NCBI RefSeq assembly: GCF_000299365.1
Contig: NC_018655.1
Location: forward strand, 150,001-182,000
DNA length: 32,000 nt
Direction: 5' to 3'
Source: Candidatus Nitrosopumilus koreensis AR1
Lineage (GTDB): Archaea; Thermoproteota; Nitrososphaeria; Nitrososphaerales; Nitrosopumilaceae
Shown here in pieces: positions 17,205 to 25,848 of the stretch (within the stretch, counting starts at the first letter, position 1; each line of letters opens with the position of its first letter). The notes under the pieces are model-generated. The model saw nothing but the letters and a program-made list of their open reading frames with translations. It did not search any database and was not told the origin of the DNA. A program made the translations under genes and the position numbers.

Positions 17205-18554
17205 ATGGCAAAATTTTTTGGTACAAATGGAATTCGTGGTGTCTTTGATGAAGATTTTACATTAGAATTTGTTCATGACATGACTTTGGCAATTGGAACT
17301 TATTTTCAAAAAGGACCAATATTGATTGGATATGATGGAAGAGATTCTAGTCCAGTTATTTGTAAAGTTGTAACTTCTACTCTTAATTCAATAGGCATTG
17401 ATTGTAATGTTGCAGGAATTGTTCCAACACCCTGTCTTGAATTTGCAGTAAAAAAGTTGGGATATTCTGGAGGTATCATGATTACTGCCTCTCACAATCC
17501 TCCTCAATACAATGGAATCAAACCTGCTGCATCTGATGGAGTAGAAATTTCACGAGAAGATGAATTAATTATTGAGGATATCTATCTTCAAAAAAATTGG
17601 ATTAAAAACTCTACAAATTATGGTTCTACAAAAAAAGAAGAACGTGCAATTGATGTTTATCTAAATGGAATCATTTCACAAGTTAATTCTAAATTAATAG
17701 AATCAAAACATTTCAAGGTTGTTTTGGATTTAGGTAATGGTGCACAGGCTGTATCTGCCCCTAATTTTTGTAAAATGATTAATTGTAAAACATTTCTTGT
17801 AAACGAAAATATTGATGGTAACTTTCCAGGACGTGGTTCAGAACCCACTCCTCAAAATCTTTCAGAATTATCAAAGACTGTAATTCGCAACAATGCTGAT
17901 GTGGGGATAGCATTTGATGGTGATGGTGATAGAAGTATTTTTTGTGATAATAAAGGAAATATTTTGACAGGTGACAAATCGGCATTATTGTTAACTAAAC
18001 ATATCTTATCTAACCATCCAAACTCTTTAGTTGTTACATGTCTAAATTCTGGTTCTAATATTGAAGTTCTGGCAGATCAATTTGATTCTAAAGTAATTCG
18101 TACAAAAGTTGGAAGTGTTGAAGTCTCAAGAAAAATGGTTCCGACAGATGCTCTAATAGGGTTTGAAGAGAATGGTGGATTCATGTTTGGAAAACATAAC
18201 CAGGTTCGAGATGGATGCATGACTTTGGCATTGATGCTTGATCTTTTAGCAGTATCTTCTAACTCATTGTATGATGAAATTTCTAATCTTCCATCATCTT
18301 TTACTACAAAAGATAAAGTCGCATGTTCTCCTGAAAACGTTCCAAAACTAATTTCCTCTCTAAAAGACGAATTTCCAAATTCTGATCTTACTGATGGTAT
18401 CAAAATCAATATAGATTCAAGAAACTGGGTTATGATCCGACCTAGTGGAACAGAACCAATTGTTAGAGTGTATGCAGAAGCTCAAAGTCAGGAAAAATTA
18501 GACAATTTAATGTCTGAATATCTCCAAAAAGTTAAGACAATCATTTCCAGATAA
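17205..18554 (+). CDS. glmM: Phosphoglucosamine/phosphomannomutase family protein
   Basis: KFFGTNGIRG, GIMITASHNPPQYNG (phosphoserine loop), FDGDGDRS (metal loop), RPSGTEPIVRVYAEA. MAKFFG start at 17205 preferred over the track start. Confidence 0.9.
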   Translation: MAKFFGTNGIRGVFDEDFTLEFVHDMTLAIGTYFQKGPILIGYDGRDSSPVICKVVTSTLNSIGIDCNVAGIVPTPCLEFAVKKLGYSGGIMITASHNPPQYNGIKPAASDGVEISREDELIIEDIYLQKNWIKNSTNYGSTKKEERAIDVYLNGIISQVNSKLIESKHFKVVLDLGNGAQAVSAPNFCKMINCKTFLVNENIDGNFPGRGSEPTPQNLSELSKTVIRNNADVGIAFDGDGDRSIFCDNKGNILTGDKSALLLTKHILSNHPNSLVVTCLNSGSNIEVLADQFDSKVIRTKVGSVEVSRKMVPTDALIGFEENGGFMFGKHNQVRDGCMTLALMLDLLAVSSNSLYDEISNLPSSFTTKDKVACSPENVPKLISSLKDEFPNSDLTDGIKINIDSRNWVMIRPSGTEPIVRVYAEAQSQEKLDNLMSEYLQKVKTIISR

Positions 18555-18616
18555 CACTTTTAAAACCAAACGTAACGATGATGAGAATGGAGAATGAACC
18601 CTAAGGGTGACGAAGT

Positions 18617-19003
18617 ATGGGAAAAGCATATTATGTTAAATTTGAGACGCCAGAGGACCTCGTAAATCCAATCTTAGAGGCTGTTAGAGTTGCATCTACC
18701 AGTGGTAAGGTTAAGAAAGGAACTAACGAAGCAACTAAGGCAATCGAACGTGGTACTAGCAAACTAATTGTTATTGCTGAAGATGTAGAACCACCTGAGG
18801 TAGTTGCACATCTTCCAATTCTTTGTGAAGAGCAAGGAGCAGCATTTGCATTTGTTCCAAGCAAACAAGAGTTAGGCAAATCATTAGGTATTGACATTAC
18901 TTCTGCCGCTGCAGCAATTTTGGATGCTGGTGATGCACAACACATTGTAGACCAAGTTGTCTCATCAATTGCTAAAATTAAAGGTGGAAAGACTGATCAA
19001 TGA
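18617..19003 (+). CDS. rpl7ae: Ribosomal protein L7Ae
   Basis: [59 protein letters not shown] signature. Confidence 0.97.
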   Translation: MGKAYYVKFETPEDLVNPILEAVRVASTSGKVKKGTNEATKAIERGTSKLIVIAEDVEPPEVVAHLPILCEEQGAAFAFVPSKQELGKSLGIDITSAAAAILDAGDAQHIVDQVVSSIAKIKGGKTDQ

Positions 19004-19212
19004 GCGCTACAACTGATGAAGTAGTTCACTCTGAAATTATTCAAATTGTTGGACGAACTGGTATTGCTGGTGAAGTAATTCAAGTTAGAGTTAAAGTTCT
19101 TACTGGAAAAGATAAAGGCAGAATTCTTACTAGAAATGTTAAGGGTTCTGTTAGATTAGGAGAAATTCTAATGCTAAGAGAAACAGAGAGAGAAGCAAAG
19201 AAGATCAAATAG
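19000..19212 (+). CDS. rps28e: Ribosomal protein S28e
   Basis: [58 protein letters not shown]; overlaps the L7Ae stop by 4 nt. Confidence 0.97.
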   Translation: MSATTDEVVHSEIIQIVGRTGIAGEVIQVRVKVLTGKDKGRILTRNVKGSVRLGEILMLRETEREAKKIK

Positions 19213-19221
19213 GTGAATTGA

Positions 19222-19422
19222 ATGAGTCTTTTAGTTAAACCATGTAATTTCTGTAACAGGCCAGTTGCAAAAGGTTCTGGTACAATGCTTGCAAAAAATG
19301 ATGGAACAGTATTATGGTTTTGTTCTGCAAAATGCAAAAAAAATGCACTAGAACTCAAACGTGATCCAAGAAAATTCAAATGGACAAAAAAATACGTTAA
19401 AGGCGGAATTAAAAAGAATTAA
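19222..19422 (+). CDS. rpl24e: Ribosomal protein L24e
   Basis: CNFCNRPVAKGSGTMLAKNDGTVLWFCSAKCKKNALELKRDPRKFKWTKKY. Confidence 0.96.
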   Translation: MSLLVKPCNFCNRPVAKGSGTMLAKNDGTVLWFCSAKCKKNALELKRDPRKFKWTKKYVKGGIKKN

Positions 19423-19424
19423 AA

Positions 19425-19826
19425 TTGACTGAAAAATCATTATTCATTGTAAAACCTGATGCAGTAGCTAGAAATCTAGTCGGTGAAGTTATTTCTAGAT
19501 TTGAAAGAAAAGGATTCAAAATTTTGAAATTAAAGATGTTTACATTTACTCAGCAACAAGCAGAAAATTTCTATGGTGTTCATAAAGACAAACCATTCTT
19601 TGGTGAGCTGACGTCCTTTATCACATCAGGACCTGTAGTTGCAGCAATTATCGAAGGTAATAATGCAATTGCAACTACTAGAATAATGATTGGAGCAACA
19701 AAATCTTTTGAAGCAGAACCTGGTTCAATTAGAGGTGACTTTGGATTGGGATTTAGTGAAAATATTATTCATGCATCAGATTCACAAGAAAGTTTTGATC
19801 ACGAATCGAGGGTAGCATTTGAGTGA
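19425..19826 (+). CDS. ndk: Nucleoside diphosphate kinase
   Basis: SLFIVKPDAVARNLVGEVISRFERKGF and NIIHASDSQESFDHE. Start codon is TTG. Confidence 0.97.
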   Translation: MTEKSLFIVKPDAVARNLVGEVISRFERKGFKILKLKMFTFTQQQAENFYGVHKDKPFFGELTSFITSGPVVAAIIEGNNAIATTRIMIGATKSFEAEPGSIRGDFGLGFSENIIHASDSQESFDHESRVAFE

Positions 19827-19832
19827 TCTGAT

Positions 19833-21614
19833 TTGCAAATTCGTCAGCCCATAGTGGCAGTTCTTGGTCACGTAGACTCTGGTAAAACATCCCTTTTAGA
19901 CAGAATTCGTGGAACAGGCGTTCAAGGTAGGGAAGCTGGTGGAATCACACAACACATTGGTGCAAGTTTTCTGCCTACTGAAACAATTAAAGAGACCTGT
20001 GGTCCTCTATACAAAAAACTTGAGCAATCAGAAAATAAAGTTCCTGGAATTTTAGTTATTGATACTCCTGGACACGAAGTATTTACAAATCTGCGTTCTC
20101 GTGGAGGCTCAGCTGCTGATATTGCAATTTTAGTAGTTGATGTTAATCGTGGATTTCAACCACAAACAAATGAAAGTTTGAAAATTTTACAGAGTAGAAA
20201 AGTTCCTTTTGTAGTAGCTTTAAACAAATGTGATCAAATTTCTGGATGGAGAAAATCTGAGACATCTTTTATTTCACAAGCAATCAAAGAACAAGATGCA
20301 TCAATTCAAGCTGATCTTGACCAAAAAATCTATGATGTTGTTGGAACACTCTCTGTTTTAGGATATCAGTCTGAGGCATTTTATCGTGTAAAGGACTTTA
20401 AATCTGAGATTGCAATTGTTCCCATTTCTGCTCGTTCCGGTGTTGGAATTCCAGAATTGCTTAGTGTGTTGGTGGGCTTGACTCAACAATATCTGCAAAA
20501 AAGACTAAATCAAGAAGAAAAAGATACACGTGGAATTGTTTTAGAAGTTAAAGATGAAATTGGATTAGGTCCAACTGCAAATATCATTCTAATTGATGGG
20601 TCCATCAAAAAAGGAGATAGTATAGTTGTTGCAAAACGTGATGGTGTAATTGTTACAAAACCAAAAGCATTGCTGTTACCAAAAGCACTCGATGAAATGC
20701 GTGATCCTCGTGATAAGTTCAAACCAACACCTCAGGTAGATGCCGCAGCTGGATTAAAGATAGCCTCCCCTGACCTTGAAGGTGTTTTACCCGGAAGTAC
20801 ACTATATGTTGCAACAAATGATGAGGAGATTGCAAAATACACCACTCTCATAGAATCTGAAATGAAATCCATGTTTGTAGATACAGAAACCAATGGAATT
20901 ATTTTGAAATGTGATACTATTGGTTCGCTTGAAGCTATAGTTGAGATGCTTAGACGCTCTCAAGTACCTGTGGCCAAAGCCGATATTGGTCCTGTAAATA
21001 GACATGATGTAATTGAAGCAAAGGCAATAAAAGAAAAAGACAGACATTTGGGAATTGTTTTGGCATTTAATGTCAAAGTTTTACCTGATGCAAAAGATGA
21101 GTCAGAAATTAGTCATATCAAAGTCTTTGAAGACAAAGTAATCTACAGTTTAATTGATAACTATAACGCATGGGTTGAAGAAGACACTGCACATGAAGAA
21201 GATGCAATATTTTCTGAATTAACTCCTGTATCCAAATTTACTTTTCTTAAAGGAATGGTCTTTAGAAATAACAATCCTGCAGTTTTTGGAATTCGTGTAG
21301 ATGTGGGAACCCTAAAACACAAAATTCCATTTATGAATTCTGATGGACGAAAAATTGGAAATATTCATCAACTTCAACATGATAAAAAAACAGTAACTTC
21401 AGCTAAAGCTGGTGATGAAGTTGCTTGTTCAGTTCAAGATGTGACTATTGGAAGACAAATTTTTGAGGAAGAAGTATTTTACACATTTCCTCCATCACAT
21501 GAGGCAAAACAACTACTAAACAAATTCATGCATAAACTAAGTATTGAAGAACAAGAAGTATTGAATGAAATTGTAGAAATCCAAAGAAAAAAAGAAGCAG
21601 CTTATGCTTACTAG
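19833..21614 (+). CDS. infB: Translation initiation factor aIF5B (IF-2 family GTPase)
   Basis: VAVLGHVDSGKTSLLDRIRGTGVQGREAGGITQHIGAS, DTPGHEVF, ALNKCDQI. Start codon is TTG. Confidence 0.97.
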   Translation: MQIRQPIVAVLGHVDSGKTSLLDRIRGTGVQGREAGGITQHIGASFLPTETIKETCGPLYKKLEQSENKVPGILVIDTPGHEVFTNLRSRGGSAADIAILVVDVNRGFQPQTNESLKILQSRKVPFVVALNKCDQISGWRKSETSFISQAIKEQDASIQADLDQKIYDVVGTLSVLGYQSEAFYRVKDFKSEIAIVPISARSGVGIPELLSVLVGLTQQYLQKRLNQEEKDTRGIVLEVKDEIGLGPTANIILIDGSIKKGDSIVVAKRDGVIVTKPKALLLPKALDEMRDPRDKFKPTPQVDAAAGLKIASPDLEGVLPGSTLYVATNDEEIAKYTTLIESEMKSMFVDTETNGIILKCDTIGSLEAIVEMLRRSQVPVAKADIGPVNRHDVIEAKAIKEKDRHLGIVLAFNVKVLPDAKDESEISHIKVFEDKVIYSLIDNYNAWVEEDTAHEEDAIFSELTPVSKFTFLKGMVFRNNNPAVFGIRVDVGTLKHKIPFMNSDGRKIGNIHQLQHDKKTVTSAKAGDEVACSVQDVTIGRQIFEEEVFYTFPPSHEAKQLLNKFMHKLSIEEQEVLNEIVEIQRKKEAAYAY

Positions 21615-21615
21615 C

Positions 21616-22017
21616 TTATTGTGAGTGTTTTTTACAAATCATATTGATTCCGGGAGCTCCTACTGCACCCATCATCTTGTCCACTATTTGTCCTGATTTG
21701 AACATGATAAATGTGGGAATTGATTGTACTGCAAATTTCATTGCAATGTTTTGATTATTGTCAACATTTACTCTTGCAAATTTTACCTTGGGATATTTTT
21801 TTGATAGACTCTCAAATACTGGATGCATCATCTTACATGGTCCGCACCACTCTGCCCAAAAATCAACCAAAGTTGGATTTTCAGCTGAAATTGTCTGCTC
21901 AAAATTTGAGTTATTCAAATCGATAATTCCAGGCTCAACTTTGGGCTGATTTTGTTGTTTTAACATCTCTTCTAGTTTTCTTTGCTTGATTCTTTCAATT
22001 TCTGGATCTTCAGACAA
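21616..22017 (-). CDS. Thioredoxin with ~35-residue charged N-terminal extension
   Basis: LVDFWAEWCGPCKMMHPVFESLSKKYPKVKFARVNVDNN and SIPTFIMFKSG. Confidence 0.93.
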   Translation of the reverse strand: MSEDPEIERIKQRKLEEMLKQQNQPKVEPGIIDLNNSNFEQTISAENPTLVDFWAEWCGPCKMMHPVFESLSKKYPKVKFARVNVDNNQNIAMKFAVQSIPTFIMFKSGQIVDKMMGAVGAPGINMICKKHSQ

Positions 22018-22061
22018 TACGATTCTAAAATCTATTCTACTAAAAAATCTATATTGAAAAA

Positions 22062-22208
22062 TTATTCATCAGCTGATTTTACTGGAATTGCTTCATACCT
22101 TCTTGATTTGCAAATGGGACACTGATCGATATATCTTGTATAACTAACTGAGGTGTATGCAATTCCACAATCTCCACAAATTCGAAGATTTCTACTTAGT
22201 TTTCCCAT
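22062..22208 (-). CDS. Small zinc-ribbon protein (missed by ORF track)
   Basis: Hand translation MGKLSRNLRICGDCGIAYTSVSYTRYIDQCPICKSRRYEAIPVKSADE*, with two CxxC pairs. Confidence 0.75.
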   Translation of the reverse strand: MGKLSRNLRICGDCGIAYTSVSYTRYIDQCPICKSRRYEAIPVKSADE

Positions 22209-22232
22209 GTTGATTATCAAAAAGTATTATGA

Positions 22233-23723
22233 TTAAAACCTAACTCGTCTTATTTTTTTGATTCCGTAAAACAACATAACTGGTGCTACAAAATACATTC
22301 CCACATTCATCAAAATTACTCCGATTCCATATCCAAGAACTTGTGATTCTGATTCTGCAAACTCCATTATAGACAATGATGATAACAATGGAGTAATTCC
22401 AATCTTTACTGCTTCTCTAAAAGTTGGGTTTTCTCTTTCCATGTCCGCAATGTATGGTGAGAATGAATAGTAAATTTGATTGAATCCTGTCATAAATGAT
22501 TCTCCTGAATTAGTATTCATTAATTGATTGTCACGAATTTCTCTGAGTAATTGAACTTGTGGTGCCATCTCAGAACCATATGCTGCAGTTGCAATTAGAC
22601 AACCTCCACCTTTACTTTCAGATGAAATAACTGTACATTTTCCATCTACTAACTTTGTACCTTCTCCACATTCTCCAAATTCTGGTTCAACGATTTCTGG
22701 CTCTTCTAATCCCACTGCCTCATAAATTGTCATTTCAGGATATGTTTTATCAAACCAATCTTTGTATGTAATCTCATTATTGTATCTGTCTACATAGTAT
22801 TGTGGATCTAAATTTGGATCAACAAATGGTGCTAACACCTTTGGCTCTTCTAATCCTACAGCCTGATAGATTGATGAATATTCAGGATAATTGTCATCAA
22901 ACCACTTTTTGTAACTTGCCTCATTATTGTATCTGTCCACATAACTTTGAGGATCTTTTGATTCATCAACAAATGGTGCTGGAATTTCTAATTCTTCAGG
23001 TTCTGATGTTTTCTCTTCAGGTTCTGATGTTTTTTCTGGTTTAGGTCCTGGATTAACTGCAACAGGTTCGTTTACTATAATTGTAATTGTGTCTCTATCT
23101 GTTTGACCACCTTTAGTTGCAACAATATCGAATGTATATTCTGCCCCCGGATTGTTTCCATGAGAACCTGATGGAGTCCATACAAATTTTCCAGTATCTG
23201 GATTTAATGTGGCTCCACTAGGTATGTTTCCCTCTAAGCTATATACTACTCCTTCAACTGAACTATCTGTTATACTTACAGTGAATGAAATTGTCTTTAA
23301 CTCATCAACTTCCTTATCTGGTATGGGTTTTAATTCCAAAACAAAATCTGGAACCACAAAAATTCTATCTCCATCGTATTCAATTTTTATTGTAACTCCT
23401 TCTTCTTCTTTTTGATCATCTGTAAATGCTGTTGCATTGTAAATTCCTTCATTGTCGAAGAAATTTTCTACTGGTCTTGGTATGACTAAAAATTTTCCTT
23501 CATCTGGATTAGGATCAGATAACATTCCTTCAAAATTTCCATTTGAATCACGAATTATGACATAAACAATATTGTTGCCTTCTTGTTGACCACTAAAACT
23601 AAATGATTCGTCTGTAGTGTAAAAGCTCTTTTCTAGTGAAAATGATATGACATCAGCATAGGCTGGCGTTGTGATTAGCAAAGATAATGTAAACACTGCA
23701 AATATTACTAGTTTTACGTTCAC
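22233..23723 (-). CDS. Secreted/surface protein with putative Ig domain, two tandem ~48-aa repeats and a CFI-box-like C-terminal region
   Basis: Signal peptide (FTLSLLITTPAYA); SVEGVVYSLEGNIPSGATLNPDTGKFVWTPS...EYTFDIVATKGG (He_PIG-like); repeats of [AP]FVD..DP..YVDRYNNE..YK.WFD..YPE...IY.AVGLEEP; GGGCLIATAAYGSEMAPQVQLLREIRD. Confidence 0.8.
   Translation of the reverse strand: MNVKLVIFAVFTLSLLITTPAYADVISFSLEKSFYTTDESFSFSGQQEGNNIVYVIIRDSNGNFEGMLSDPNPDEGKFLVIPRPVENFFDNEGIYNATAFTDDQKEEEGVTIKIEYDGDRIFVVPDFVLELKPIPDKEVDELKTISFTVSITDSSVEGVVYSLEGNIPSGATLNPDTGKFVWTPSGSHGNNPGAEYTFDIVATKGGQTDRDTITIIVNEPVAVNPGPKPEKTSEPEEKTSEPEELEIPAPFVDESKDPQSYVDRYNNEASYKKWFDDNYPEYSSIYQAVGLEEPKVLAPFVDPNLDPQYYVDRYNNEITYKDWFDKTYPEMTIYEAVGLEEPEIVEPEFGECGEGTKLVDGKCTVISSESKGGGCLIATAAYGSEMAPQVQLLREIRDNQLMNTNSGESFMTGFNQIYYSFSPYIADMERENPTFREAVKIGITPLLSSLSIMEFAESESQVLGYGIGVILMNVGMYFVAPVMLFYGIKKIRRVRF
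22692..22979 (-). repeat. Tandem coding duplication (~48-aa unit, two copies)
   Basis: APFVDESKDPQSYVDRYNNEASYKKWFDDNYPEYSSIYQAVGLEEPKV and APFVDPNLDPQYYVDRYNNEITYKDWFDKTYPE-MTIYEAVGLEEPEI. Confidence 0.85.
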
Positions 23724-23800
23724 GACATTTCTTTCATTTTGAGCCTTTTAAAAAACACGTATAATTTCTTCTCGATATTAGCAAAGAAATATTCACAAAT

Positions 23801-24217
23801 CTACAAGTCAAGCAAAAATCTCATAAAAACTCCCCCATTTTGCCTTATTTCCATGTCATAAAATGTTGGAGCCTTTATCTCTACTTTGAAATTGTGTTTC
23901 TTAAAGTCAAGTGGTTCACCGTACGCAATAGCGTTAATTTTGTAATCTTTATTTTGAATAATTTCAAATTCTATTCTTTTAATTGCAAATCCTTCTGTAA
24001 TTAAGATAAATGGTATTTCTTCTAACCAACTAAACAATAGGTATCGTAAGTCTTTTCCATGAGCTGAAAACTTTTTTTGTTCTTTTTCTTCTACTTTATC
24101 TTGGTCAAGTGTCAAGTTGATTACTGCATCTGCTGTAACTGAGAATGCTTCTTTAAGATCTTTTGCAGTAACTTCAACTATTGCATCAGTTGCATGATCT
24201 AAAAATTTGTAACTCAA
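23801..24217 (-). CDS. Archease family protein
   Basis: YKFLDHATDAIVEVTAKDLKEAFSVTADAVINLTLD, LLFSWLEEIPFIL, IKAPTFYDMEI. Confidence 0.9.
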   Translation of the reverse strand: MSYKFLDHATDAIVEVTAKDLKEAFSVTADAVINLTLDQDKVEEKEQKKFSAHGKDLRYLLFSWLEEIPFILITEGFAIKRIEFEIIQNKDYKINAIAYGEPLDFKKHNFKVEIKAPTFYDMEIRQNGGVFMRFLLDL

Positions 24218-24258
24218 TTGTATCTTTGATTTCTTTCTGATTATTAACCTAGTTGGTT

Positions 24259-24648
24259 TTATTTTGCTTTTGGATCCATTTCAATAATTCCAAAAACATT
24301 CATTTCTGTATCTGCACATTGTGCAAACCATCCTACTTTAGGGATTGCCATTTTTGGAATAATCAATTGTCCTCCTTTCTCAATAATTTTTTTTGAAAAT
24401 TCATTAATTGATGAAACTGTAATTGTATTTGTTATGCCGATTTGACCTGGAACTCTTTTTGATAATCCTCCGTTAATCCCAGGTTCTTTGTCCGAACCTG
24501 TTGTAACTATCCAATAGTCTATTGGCCCGTCCCATTTTTCAAACTTCCAATCAAAAACTTCTTTGTAGAATTTTTGTGCTCTTTCTGGATTATCTGATGG
24601 AATATCAAAGTGTGAAATTCTTGGCATGTATATCTGAATTTCTAACAA
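24259..24648 (-). CDS. VOC (glyoxalase/bleomycin-resistance) superfamily protein
   Basis: ISHFDIPSDNPERAQKFYKEVFDWKFEKW and MAIPKVGWFAQCADTEMNVFGIIEMD. Confidence 0.9.
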   Translation of the reverse strand: MLEIQIYMPRISHFDIPSDNPERAQKFYKEVFDWKFEKWDGPIDYWIVTTGSDKEPGINGGLSKRVPGQIGITNTITVSSINEFSKKIIEKGGQLIIPKMAIPKVGWFAQCADTEMNVFGIIEMDPKAK

Positions 24649-24725
24649 AATCTGGTCATAAAATAATTTCTAATCTCATCGTTTACTCGTAAAGTAATTT
24701 AGTACGATTTTATTTTCAGAATCAA

Positions 24726-25265
24726 ATGGAACCTTTTGACTCATTTATTGTGTTTATTACAGAATTTTTAGGAGAACATCTCTATGAGGGTATATTCATA
24801 GCAGCTTTAATTGAAACTATAGTTCCACCAATTCCAACATTAGCAGTTTTCCCAACAGCAGGATTTTTAGCATCTCAACAAGGGATTCCACTAGTTGGAG
24901 TAATTCCAATGATAATTCTTGGCGCTATTGGTGCAACCCTAGGAACTTCTTCTATTTACTTAATTGCTCTAAAACTTGGCAGGATAGTTTTACTACGTTA
25001 TCTAAAGCATTTTAGAATATCTGAAAAAAAATTAATACGTGTTGAAAATTGGTTTGCAAAATATGGGGATAAGGCTGTTTTTCTTGGAAGAATGGTACCT
25101 GTTATGCGCGAAATGATTTCAGTTCCTGCAGGTTTACTGAAAATGAAAATACCAAAATTTGTTTTGTATACGTTTGCAGGTTCTTGCATTTGGTCTACTG
25201 GCACCATTCTATCTGGATATTACTTTGGAGAAGCAATGGGACTTGCAACAACTCTTACACCATAG
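24726..25265 (+). CDS. DedA family membrane protein
   Basis: IETIVPPIPTLAVFPTAGFLASQ, FGRMVPVMREMISVPAGLLKMKIPKFVLYTFAGSCIWSTGTILSGYYFG. Confidence 0.88.
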   Translation: MEPFDSFIVFITEFLGEHLYEGIFIAALIETIVPPIPTLAVFPTAGFLASQQGIPLVGVIPMIILGAIGATLGTSSIYLIALKLGRIVLLRYLKHFRISEKKLIRVENWFAKYGDKAVFLGRMVPVMREMISVPAGLLKMKIPKFVLYTFAGSCIWSTGTILSGYYFGEAMGLATTLTP

Positions 25266-25394
25266 TTAATTCTTATATTTTTTAGATGTTCTGATGATCC
25301 TTTAACACATCTCAATTCACAAACATAAATGCCAATTATTTTTACTTTAATCGTCTTATGTGGATATTTTAGTTAGAATTTCTATATTTGAAAC

Positions 25395-25532
25395 TTATAC
25401 TTGTTCTGGATCTCTATCCAAATTCACTCCAATAAATTCAGCCCATTTGGTTAATTTTTCTAAAAAATCATTGTCTTCTTGTGTAAACATGAATCCTAAT
25501 GGAATTATTACATAAAAGAACTTGCTAATCAA
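25395..25532 (-). CDS. Possible very short membrane protein (TTG start)
   Basis: Hand translation from TTG: (M)ISKFFYVIIPLGFMFTQEDNDFLEKLTKWAEFIGVNLDRDPEQV*. No ATG start apart from the internal one. Confidence 0.3.
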   Translation of the reverse strand: MISKFFYVIIPLGFMFTQEDNDFLEKLTKWAEFIGVNLDRDPEQV

Positions 25533-25590
25533 TTGTTCATTTTGATATTGAAAAATTAAGAACTGCCTAGTTTTGCATAGTTATGTTAAA

Positions 25591-25767
25591 CTAGACTTCT
25601 TTGATTAATGATTTGATACTTGAAATGCTCTCTGCATTAAGCTCAATTTCTTTATGTTCTGCCAGGACATGTTCTGTAACTTTTGTCATTAACTCTGCTT
25701 CGGATTCAGCTGATGCTGACCATCCACAATCTTTACCTGCATCTGAACAACTAATGGTTTTTGTCAT
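25591..25767 (-). CDS. DUF1059 family small protein (missed by ORF track)
   Basis: Hand translation MTKTISCSDAGKDCGWSASAESEAELMTKVTEHVLAEHKEIELNAESISSIKSLIKEV*, which has the DUF1059 pattern C-x-D-x-G-x-D-C ... H....H. Confidence 0.85.
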   Translation of the reverse strand: MTKTISCSDAGKDCGWSASAESEAELMTKVTEHVLAEHKEIELNAESISSIKSLIKEV

Positions 25768-25848
25768 GAAATTGATAATTTTTAGAGATATTTATCTAAT
25801 TTTCCAATAAAGAAATATCTAAATCATAACCCTTTGTGGAATAACCAT

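Noticed and set aside
18555-18616. GA-rich leader (CGATGATGAGAATGGAGAATGAACCCTAAGGGTGACGAAG) upstream of L7Ae, considered as a K-turn for L7Ae autoregulation
   Set aside because: A UGAUGA/GUGA pairing with tandem G-A can be drawn, but the bulge would be 2 nt instead of 3 and the second stem (GAG against GGG) does not pair. I cannot support it by eye; covariance across relatives would be needed.
24726-25265. DedA gene considered truncated at its C-terminus
   Set aside because: The conserved DedA core and the final helices are present and no homologous continuation was visible in other frames after the stop.
25601-25810. Plus-strand 69-aa ORF
   Set aside because: It is antisense to a convincing DUF1059 gene and has no recognisable features.
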